Source of the DNA: an uncultured Gemmatimonadaceae bacterium
Lineage (GTDB): Bacteria > Gemmatimonadota > Gemmatimonadetes > Gemmatimonadales > Gemmatimonadaceae
DNA length: 64,000 nucleotides
Assembly: GCA_963790305.1 (NCBI GenBank)
Contig: CAWBOC010000007.1
Span: forward strand, 128,001-192,000
Direction of reading: 5' to 3'
Shown here: in pieces, positions 10,142 through 17,600 of the stretch
Layout: each line of letters starts with the position of its first letter
Position numbering within the stretch: position 1 is the first letter of the stretch
Notes under the pieces: model-generated
Told to the model about the DNA's origin: nothing
Database searches by the model: none
What the model saw: the letters and a program-made list of their open reading frames with translations, nothing else
Program-made: the position numbers and the translations under genes

Positions 10142-11262
10142 TCGCACGCCCACTCGCGCTGTCGGTCATCATTCCCGCCAGGAACGTGGCTGAGACGCTG
10201 ACGACGTCTCTGTCCGCCCTCCTGCAGAGCGACCTGCCGCGAGACCAATGGGAGCTCATCGTCGTCGACGACGCGAGCACCGACGCGACGGTCCAGGTCG
10301 CGAGACGTTATGCAGACGCGGTGGTCGAGCTACCCGGCCCACGTCCCTTTGGCCCTGCATACGCACGGAACCGAGGCTGCGACATCGCGCGCGGCAGCGT
10401 CATCGTGTTCGTGGATGCGGACGTGTGCGTTCACTCCGACACCCTGCGGAAATTCGCCGAGCTGTTCGGCGCCGACGCGAGCATTGGCGCCGCGTTCGGA
10501 TCGTACGATGCCAGCCCCGCTGCACCAGGGCTGGTCTCGCAATATCGCAATCTTCTCCATTACCACGTGCATCAGCGGAACGGCGGCGATGCCGAGACGT
10601 TTTGGGCGGGGTGTGGCGCGGTGCGACGGACCGTGTTCGTCGACGCAGACATGTTCGACGAGTGGCATTATCCCCGACCGCAGATCGAGGATGTCGAGCT
10701 GGGTGCGCGGATTCGCGCCCTCGGCCATCGCATCCTCCTTCGTCCCGACATTCAGGCGACGCATCTCAAACGGTGGACCTTCGCGGGCGTCCTCCGCGCT
10801 GACCTGCTGGACCGCGGCGTTCCCTGGACGCGGCTGCTCGTGCAGCAAGGAACGGCGACCCGTGTCGCCACGCTCAACCTCAAGCGCTGGGAGAAGGTAA
10901 AGACCGTGATGGTCGGGGTTGCCCTGGCGTGTGCCGCGTTGGCCTGGCCAACGAGCGACGCACGCTGGCTGGCCGCTGCCGGCACATCACTGCTACTCGT
11001 GATCGCCAGCAGTGCTGACCTGTACGCGTGCTTCGCGCGCGTGCGGGGGGTGCCGTTCGCGCTGGCGGCGATTCCCCTTCACCTGCTGTACTACCTCACC
11101 AACGGGCTGTCCGTGTTTCTCGGATGGCTCATGCATCACGCGGTTGGGGAGCCTCGGCCCGACCCGGTGGTCGAAGCCTACGCGGAGGTCGGAGTGAAGC
11201 GGGATCCACCGCTGCCCTCTCGCCGGCGCGGGGGACCCTGGGCGGAATCGGTCACCCGCTGA
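10138..11262 (+). CDS. Glycosyltransferase family 2
   Basis: SVIIPARN, VVDDAS, FVDAD, IEDVE; GTGA overlap with upstream stop. Confidence 0.9.
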   Translation: MIARPLALSVIIPARNVAETLTTSLSALLQSDLPRDQWELIVVDDASTDATVQVARRYADAVVELPGPRPFGPAYARNRGCDIARGSVIVFVDADVCVHSDTLRKFAELFGADASIGAAFGSYDASPAAPGLVSQYRNLLHYHVHQRNGGDAETFWAGCGAVRRTVFVDADMFDEWHYPRPQIEDVELGARIRALGHRILLRPDIQATHLKRWTFAGVLRADLLDRGVPWTRLLVQQGTATRVATLNLKRWEKVKTVMVGVALACAALAWPTSDARWLAAAGTSLLLVIASSADLYACFARVRGVPFALAAIPLHLLYYLTNGLSVFLGWLMHHAVGEPRPDPVVEAYAEVGVKRDPPLPSRRRGGPWAESVTR

Positions 11263-11319
11263 GGAAGAGCCCTGCACCGCTGAGCGATGCAGGGCTCCCT
11301 TGCGTTCGCGGCCCAGAGG

Positions 11320-11808
11320 TCACGCCATCGTGCGGAGGTACTCGGCGAGACGCTCGTAGCTGACGTCCATTCCCTCCTTCATTCCCGTCTTGAGCGCTGC
11401 ATCCCGCGCTTCCTTCGAAGGATAGAGTATCGTCAGCGTGATCGTTGTCTTTCCGCCTTTTTCCGAGAACACGAGCGTGTTGATGGTCTCCGGCCACTCC
11501 GGTCCCCATCGCTCGGTATTGACGAGGCGTTCCGGGGGAACCACCTCCTTATAGATCCCGGTCATCCCCATCTCGGCGCCGTCGGACTTTCGCCAGACGA
11601 AGTGCCACTGGCCGCCCGGGCGCAAATCGATCTCGCACACCGGCAGCGTCCATCCCTCCCAGCCGGTCAACCAGTTCTTCACGTGATTGGGCTTCGTCCA
11701 CGCATCCCACACGCGCTTGCGTGGCGCGTCGACGACGCGAGTGATCACGACCTCGCGATCCGATGGCGTCGTGAGCTTCGTGACACCCACCTTGTCCGTT
11801 GCATTCAT
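11320..11808 (-). CDS. SRPBCC/AHSA1 family protein
   Basis: REVVITRVVDAPRKRVWDAWT, DLRPGG, VPPERLV. Confidence 0.9.
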   Translation of the reverse strand: MNATDKVGVTKLTTPSDREVVITRVVDAPRKRVWDAWTKPNHVKNWLTGWEGWTLPVCEIDLRPGGQWHFVWRKSDGAEMGMTGIYKEVVPPERLVNTERWGPEWPETINTLVFSEKGGKTTITLTILYPSKEARDAALKTGMKEGMDVSYERLAEYLRTMA

Positions 11809-11881
11809 GATTTCTTCCTCTCTTCCAGGTAGTCGAATGGTCAGCGGCCCGTTCGGTCGCGCGACGCTGTGACTGCGATGG

Positions 11882-12220
11882 TCACCGGTCTTCCTCCTCT
11901 GCTTTCATGTGTTGTAGGTAGCTGTCCAGGCGAGCGTAGCTCGCGTCCCAGAAGCGCCGGTACCTCTCCGCCCAGTCGGCGACCTCCTTGAGCGGAGCCG
12001 CGTCCAGTCGTCGGGGTCGCCACTGCGCCTCGCGACCGCGCGCGACGAGCCCGGCGCGCTCGAGGACCCGCAGGTGCTTGGAGACGGCGGGCCCGCTCAT
12101 GTCGAAGGGCGCCGACAGCTCCTTGACCGTGGCCGCGCCCGAGGCGAGCCGGGCGAGGATCGCCCGGCGTGTCGGGTCGGCGAGGGCGGCGAAGGTGGCG
12201 CTAAGCCTGTCAGAGGGCAT
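11882..12220 (-). CDS. ArsR/SmtB family transcriptional regulator
   Basis: FAALADPTRRAIL...AVSKHLRVLERAGL. Confidence 0.92.
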   Translation of the reverse strand: MPSDRLSATFAALADPTRRAILARLASGAATVKELSAPFDMSGPAVSKHLRVLERAGLVARGREAQWRPRRLDAAPLKEVADWAERYRRFWDASYARLDSYLQHMKAEEEDR

Positions 12221-12226
12221 TGTATC

Positions 12227-12283
12227 TAACCGTTGGGTTAGCTAACTGATCGGTTATATACAACCCCCCTCGCGAGCCGTCAA
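12227..12283 (-). promoter_or_regulatory. sigma70 promoter with two tandem palindromic operators for the ArsR operon
   Basis: TAACCGTTGGGTTA (12227-12240) and TAACTGATCGGTTA (12243-12256); minus-strand TTGACG-17-TATATA (12283-12255). Confidence 0.75.
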
Positions 12284-12362
12284 GAGCAGACAGACGACCG
12301 AGGCATTGCGTCTTCGCGCTCCCGGCCATTCATTGCCCGACCTACCCGGTTCGGAGGACTAC

Positions 12363-13073
12363 ATGCGTGGCGCCTACATCCGCATCTGCGCGCTAGCCGC
12401 CGTCGTGCTCGCGGGCCAGACAGAGCTGGCTCAGGCTCAAGAAATGGAGACGTCTCGCGCCGCCAAGGACGGCGGCATCTCGGTCGCTGGCTGGTCGGGA
12501 AAGATCGACGCCAGGGAGGCGGCGGCTGGGCAAGTCCTCAACAATGCGAAGCTCGCCAAGCACGGCGACGACCTCCACGTCACGACCGGACCGGCCGTGA
12601 CCTATTGGAATCCCGCCAACAAGGCGACCGGCGACTACACGGTGAAGGCGACGTTCACTGAGCCCAAGTACATGGCTCTGAACAACCACCCGCACCCCTA
12701 CGGCATCGTGATTGCCGGGAATGACATGGGAACGGATCAGCAGAGCTATCTGTACTGCGCCGCGTATGGGAATGGGAACTTCATCGTCCGCGGCTTTGGT
12801 CCCGAGCCCTTCCAGGCGAACGGACGGCGCGGCGAGGCACACCCCGCGGTGAATAAGGCGGCCGGCCCCGGTGAACCTGTCACTCAGGTAATCGCCGTCT
12901 CGGTGAAGGGCGACAAGGTCGAGTGTGCGATCAACGGCACCGTCGTCGGCAGCTACGACAAGGCCGCGCTGGTGACCGCCGGCAAGCTCAAGTCCACCGA
13001 CGGCGTCTACGGAATTCGCTTCGCGCACAATACGGAAGCCACCGTGTCCGGCCTCACGGTCACGAAGCCGTAA
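12363..13073 (+). CDS. Secreted hypothetical protein (possible beta-sandwich)
   Basis: GGAGG RBS, signal peptide ending AQA, typical codon bias. Confidence 0.75.
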   Translation: MRGAYIRICALAAVVLAGQTELAQAQEMETSRAAKDGGISVAGWSGKIDAREAAAGQVLNNAKLAKHGDDLHVTTGPAVTYWNPANKATGDYTVKATFTEPKYMALNNHPHPYGIVIAGNDMGTDQQSYLYCAAYGNGNFIVRGFGPEPFQANGRRGEAHPAVNKAAGPGEPVTQVIAVSVKGDKVECAINGTVVGSYDKAALVTAGKLKSTDGVYGIRFAHNTEATVSGLTVTKP

Positions 13074-13099
13074 CGCGCTCCTTCCGTCAACAACGCGTA

Positions 13100-13145
13100 A
13101 CACGCAAGACCCCCGCGCCGGTAATGGCGCGGGGGTTTTGCGTGT
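13100..13145. terminator. Hairpin terminator between convergent genes
   Basis: acacgcaagacccccgcgcc-ggtaat-ggcgcgggggttttgcgtgt. Confidence 0.8.
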
Positions 13146-13208
13146 GCGGGCTATCGACTTGTTAGGCTTTCACCCACAACGATCCGAAGCGATGCGGCGT
13201 GCGGCGAT

Positions 13209-13724
13209 CTACCGCACCGCTGTCGGCTCTCCCTCGTATGCCCGCTTCAGCTCCGCGATGTCGAGCTTCTTCATGTGCAGCAACGCCTCGAAGGCGCGTT
13301 GCGACGCCTCCGACGTTTCGTCGGTGAGCATTTCCGTCAACTCCGTCGGCACGACCTGCCACGACAGGCCGAACTTGTCCTTCAGCCAGCCGCATTGCTG
13401 CGCGTTGGGATCGCCGCCCGCCGTCAGCTTCTCCCAGTAGTAGTCGATCTCCTCTTGCGTCTCGCAGTGGATCTCGAACGACACGGCTTCGTTGAACTTG
13501 AAGTTCGGGCCGCCATTCAGCGCAGTGAACTTCTGCCCGTCGAGCTCGAACTCCACCGTCAATACCGAGCCTTCCGGCTTGCCGTGGATCTCATGCCCGA
13601 CCTTCGGATATCGAGTGGTCCTGGAGATGCGCGACTTCCTGAAGATGCCGACGTAATACTGCGCCGCCTCTTCGGCCTCGGTGTCGAACCAGAGACACGG
13701 CTGGATTCGCTGTGTGACGGTCAT
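13209..13724 (-). CDS. VOC family protein (PhnB/3-demethylubiquinone methyltransferase-like)
   Basis: IQPCLWFD, LNGGP, CGWLKDKFGLSWQV. Confidence 0.9.
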   Translation of the reverse strand: MTVTQRIQPCLWFDTEAEEAAQYYVGIFRKSRISRTTRYPKVGHEIHGKPEGSVLTVEFELDGQKFTALNGGPNFKFNEAVSFEIHCETQEEIDYYWEKLTAGGDPNAQQCGWLKDKFGLSWQVVPTELTEMLTDETSEASQRAFEALLHMKKLDIAELKRAYEGEPTAVR

Positions 13725-13793
13725 GACGTACCTCGATGGTAGTGGCGGAAGGGGCACCAGCCAATTCCATGCCCAGAAAGCGAGCGATTGCAC

Positions 13794-13850
13794 TCCCATT
13801 GACATTCGATGGGACAGGCGACATCCTGCTCCCATCGACACTCGATGGGA
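13794..13850 (+). promoter_or_regulatory. Two 21-bp palindromic operators upstream of PadR
   Basis: TCCCATTGACATTCGATGGGA (13794-13814, contains TTGACA) and TCCCATCGACACTCGATGGGA (13830-13850). Confidence 0.8.
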
Positions 13851-13853
13851 CTC

Positions 13854-14201
13854 ATGGCCCGACCTTCGAACCTGGACCTGCTGCAGGGCACGCTCGACCT
13901 CCTCGTTCTGAAAACGCTGACGTGGGGGCCGGCGCACGGCTACACCGTCGCGTACTGGATTCAACAGCTCACCGACGACGTCCTTCAGGTCGGCGAAGGA
14001 TCGCTCTATCCCGCCCTGCACCGGCTCGAGGAGCGTGGTTGGGTCGAAAGTGAGTGGCGCCGATCGGAGAACAACCGGAAGGCCAAGTTCTACCAATTGA
14101 CCGCGGCGGGACGCGCGCAGTTGCGCGCCGAATCGCAAACCTGGACGAGGTTCGCGTCCGCAATCGGAAAAGTGCTCCAGGCGACGGAGCAGCCTGGATG
14201 A
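13854..14201 (+). CDS. PadR family regulator (acidobacterial type)
   Basis: LLQGTLDLLVLK, HGY, EGSLYPALHRLE, NNRKAKFY. Confidence 0.92.
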   Translation: MARPSNLDLLQGTLDLLVLKTLTWGPAHGYTVAYWIQQLTDDVLQVGEGSLYPALHRLEERGWVESEWRRSENNRKAKFYQLTAAGRAQLRAESQTWTRFASAIGKVLQATEQPG

Positions 14202-16900
14202 GCTGGACTCGTCTGCCGCGGATCTTCCGCCCCACGGAACGTGCCGAGGTCGCGGATGAGCTGCGCTTCCACGTCGAGGAACGCGCTCGCGAGCTGATCG
14301 AAAGGGGCATGGACCCCGAACGCGCACGCGAGCAAGCGGAACGGCGCTTCGGCCCCGTCCGCCCCATCGAGGACGAGCTCGTCGACAGCACGCGACGCCG
14401 GCGCCAGCGCGAAGATCGCGCAGAGAGGCTCATGAATCTGCGGAAGGATTTGCGGTATACCCTTCGCTCGCTGCGCAAGAATCCGGGATTCGCCGCGGCG
14501 GCCGTCGGGACGCTGGCGCTCGGCGTGGGTGCCGCGCTCGCCGTGTTCACCGTCGTGAACGGCGTGCTCCTGCGGCCGTTGCCGTACAAGGATCCCGAAC
14601 GGATCACCATGATCTGGACGTGGATGCCGGAAGGCTACGGGCTGCCGCTGTCCAGCGGCACGTTCAATCTGCTGTCCGAACAGCAGACCCGTTTCGATGC
14701 CGTCGCGGCGTTTCGCGCCTGGCCATACGGATTCGCGACACCAGGCTCGACAGAGTCCGAGCGCATCGCTGGCGCCCGCGTGACACCGTCGCTGTTCGAC
14801 GTGCTGGGCGTCCGACCGATCGCGGGGCGGGCGTTCACGAACGACGAGGCGGTTCCGGGCGGACCGAACGTCGTCGTCGTCAGCCATGATCTTTGGCAAC
14901 GACGCTTCGGGGGCGATCGGTCAGCGATCGGCAGACAAATCGAGCTGAGCGGCCAATCGTTCACGCTTATCGGCGTGATGCCGCCCGGGTTTTCGTTCCC
15001 GCGCGGCGCCGAGCTCCCCGCGCCGTTGCAGTTCGCCCGCCGCACGGACCTGTGGACGCCGCTCGTGTTCGACTCCGCGGCCGTCACGGATTTCGGCACC
15101 GAGAATCTCTCCGCGATCGGACGCTTGAAGGAATCGGATCCCCGGCCGGCGCAAGCGGAAGCCAGCGTCATCATGCGTCGCTTCCTCGATGCGAACGCGC
15201 CCAGTCTCAAGACGGACTTCAAGCTCGTATCGCTTGCGGATCAGGCGGGAAAGACCATCAAGGGCGGGCTGCTCATTCTGCTCGGGGCCGTCGTCATCGT
15301 CCTGCTGATAGCAAGCGCCAACGTCGCGAGCCTCCTGGTTGCGCGCGTCTCGCATCGCCAGCGGGAGCTGGCCGTCCGCGCAGCGATGGGAGCGGGTTGG
15401 GGACGCATTGCTCGCCAGCTCGTCACCGAGAACCTGGTGTTATCCACGTTGGGGTGCGCCCTCGCCGTGCTCATCGCGTTCTGGATGACGAAGGGCATGC
15501 TGGCCCTCGTGCCAGGTTCCTTGCCACGAGCGGACGACATCGGACTCGATTGGCGCGTCTTGTCAGTCGCCGCGCTGGTGGCGATCGCCGCTGGCGTCGC
15601 ATTCGGAGTCATCGTCGCCGGATCTGTCCGCTGGTCGCGTCTGGCGGAGACGTTGCACGCGGGTGACACGCGGTCCGCGGGGAGTGTCAGTCAGCGTTAT
15701 GGACGACGCGTGCTCGTGGCAGCCGAGGTTGCGCTGTCGCTCGTGCTCCTGATCGGCGCGGCGCTGCTGACACGGAGCTTCATCGAGCTGCAGCGCGTTC
15801 GGGCGGGGTTCAACCCGAGCAACGTTCTCACGGCCGGCGTGTCGATTCCAATCGCGGGGCGTTTCGATCCGTCCCTCGGTCCGATCTGGGCACAGCGGCT
15901 CAACGACGCCAGCGCCCGCCTGAACGCGACGCCGGGCGTCGTCGCGGCGGGCGCCATCAGCTCCTTGCCGCTAACGGGCGGCGTGGAGTACGGCGGCGTC
16001 CTCATCGCGGGTGATCCCACACCGCAGCCGGGTGAGATGCCCACGGCACAGTACAACGTCGTTACGGGACGGTACTTCGAAACGATGAGGATCGCGGTGC
16101 TTCATGGTCGGGCCTTCGATTCCCGCGATGACGCGCCGGGCGTGCGCACGATCGTCGTGAATCGCACCTTCGCCCGTCAGCGATTCACGTCGGAGGATGC
16201 CGCGGTCGGTCGGGCAGTTCGCGCGACGTTCGAGTTCACCCAGAATCCGGCGCCGCGCATGATCGTCGGTGTGGTGGATGACGTGAAGCAGTTCGCTCTC
16301 GACGACGAACCGACACCGCAGGTCTACCTGCCGCAGTCGCAGCATGCGTATCCCCGTCTGGCGTTCGTCGTGCGGACCGATGGCTCGCGACTCACGACAG
16401 TCGGCGCCGTGAACATCGTGCGCCGAGCGGTTCACGACGCGGACCGGGGCGCGCTGATCGCTGACGTGCGGACGATGGACGAGGTCGTCTCCCAGTCGCT
16501 GGCGCGGCAGCGGTTCAGCATGACGCTGATCGGCACGTTCGCGTTGCTCGCCGTGATTCTCACGATCGTAGGAATGTACGGCGTACTCTCGCTCGCCGTC
16601 CGGCAGCGACAGCGCGAGATCGGCGTGCGTCTCGCCCTCGGCGCCCAACCGGGCAACGTCGTCGCCATGGTGGTCGCCGACGGGGCACGCGTCACAGCGG
16701 TGGGGATTCTCGTGGGCATTGCGGGCGCCATCGCCGCAACGCGTGTTCTCGCCTCGCTGCTCTACGGCGTCAGTACGACGGATGCCATGACGTTCGTCGG
16801 CGCGGCGGCAGTCGTGGCCACCGTTGCGTTGACGGCGACGTACGTGCCAGCTCGACGAGCCGCGGCGGTGGATCCCAGGGAGGCTCTCACGGCCGACTAA
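14198..16900 (+). CDS. ADOP family duplicated ABC permease (MacB/FtsX-like)
   Basis: ELRFH prefix, DLRYTLRSLRKNPGF, two REL/REI-x-VR-x-ALGA motifs, PARRAAAVDP; ATGA-coupled to PadR. Confidence 0.92.
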   Translation: MSWTRLPRIFRPTERAEVADELRFHVEERARELIERGMDPERAREQAERRFGPVRPIEDELVDSTRRRRQREDRAERLMNLRKDLRYTLRSLRKNPGFAAAAVGTLALGVGAALAVFTVVNGVLLRPLPYKDPERITMIWTWMPEGYGLPLSSGTFNLLSEQQTRFDAVAAFRAWPYGFATPGSTESERIAGARVTPSLFDVLGVRPIAGRAFTNDEAVPGGPNVVVVSHDLWQRRFGGDRSAIGRQIELSGQSFTLIGVMPPGFSFPRGAELPAPLQFARRTDLWTPLVFDSAAVTDFGTENLSAIGRLKESDPRPAQAEASVIMRRFLDANAPSLKTDFKLVSLADQAGKTIKGGLLILLGAVVIVLLIASANVASLLVARVSHRQRELAVRAAMGAGWGRIARQLVTENLVLSTLGCALAVLIAFWMTKGMLALVPGSLPRADDIGLDWRVLSVAALVAIAAGVAFGVIVAGSVRWSRLAETLHAGDTRSAGSVSQRYGRRVLVAAEVALSLVLLIGAALLTRSFIELQRVRAGFNPSNVLTAGVSIPIAGRFDPSLGPIWAQRLNDASARLNATPGVVAAGAISSLPLTGGVEYGGVLIAGDPTPQPGEMPTAQYNVVTGRYFETMRIAVLHGRAFDSRDDAPGVRTIVVNRTFARQRFTSEDAAVGRAVRATFEFTQNPAPRMIVGVVDDVKQFALDDEPTPQVYLPQSQHAYPRLAFVVRTDGSRLTTVGAVNIVRRAVHDADRGALIADVRTMDEVVSQSLARQRFSMTLIGTFALLAVILTIVGMYGVLSLAVRQRQREIGVRLALGAQPGNVVAMVVADGARVTAVGILVGIAGAIAATRVLASLLYGVSTTDAMTFVGAAAVVATVALTATYVPARRAAAVDPREALTAD

Positions 16901-16924
16901 AAAGCGGGAGGCAATACCGTGACG

Positions 16925-17083
16925 ATGAATAGACGCGATCTGCTCGTCGCAAGTGGGTTGTTCTTGCTTGCGGGCCCGCGCGCTATCGGTCAGGGCACTG
17001 CGCCTGCACGTGCCCAGCCCCAACCTCGCGGTCCGCAAGGAAGCCTTCTCGACGCTCTTCAAAGCAACAGGCGTGCTGCATGA
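16925..17083 (+). CDS. 52-aa ORF with twin-arginine signal (small protein or gene remnant)
   Basis: GGGAGG upstream; MNRRDLLVASGLFLLAG...ARAQ...; too short for the supplied ORF track. Confidence 0.5.
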   Translation: MNRRDLLVASGLFLLAGPRAIGQGTAPARAQPQPRGPQGSLLDALQSNRRAA

Positions 17084-17171
17084 CCGGCGAGACTGGTTCG
17101 TGCTAGATGCCATCGAGCTGCTCGGCCGGGTGCGCCAGCGACAGCCTCGATGATCGAGACGACGGAGATCG

Positions 17172-17525
17172 TTAGGGACGTTTCTGCACCATATAGGTAC
17201 GCCCGCTGGATCCGAACGTAAGGATCATTTGCGTCCTCGACGTGAACCTTCCATCGAGCACTCCTCCATCGTCGAACGCGATCCGAAGGGTCGTGCCGGT
17301 GATTGTCGCACGCCCCTGGCGCTCTACGCCTGACAAGCGAAGCCGCGCACGAAGCTCGGATGCGTCCGACGTGAATACGAGGTTGATGGGCGGAAGAGAC
17401 TCTGTCGGCCGTTCCCACTCGCCCACGACCGTCTCCGGACTGGGCGTGTTGACTGGCTCGCAGGCAGGCATGGCGGCGATGAGTAGTGCAGTCACCGTGA
17501 CAACCGCGCAGCGACGCATGCTCAT
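17172..17525 (-). CDS. Hypothetical lipoprotein
   Basis: AGGAG RBS; hydrophobic signal ending MPAC. Confidence 0.65.
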   Translation of the reverse strand: MSMRRCAVVTVTALLIAAMPACEPVNTPSPETVVGEWERPTESLPPINLVFTSDASELRARLRLSGVERQGRATITGTTLRIAFDDGGVLDGRFTSRTQMILTFGSSGRTYMVQKRP

Positions 17526-17600
17526 GTTGTCGTTTCTCCTGTACCGCCCGTTGGCGGTGAGTCGACAGCGGGGTAGCCGCGCTCGGCGGCCCAGGACTCC

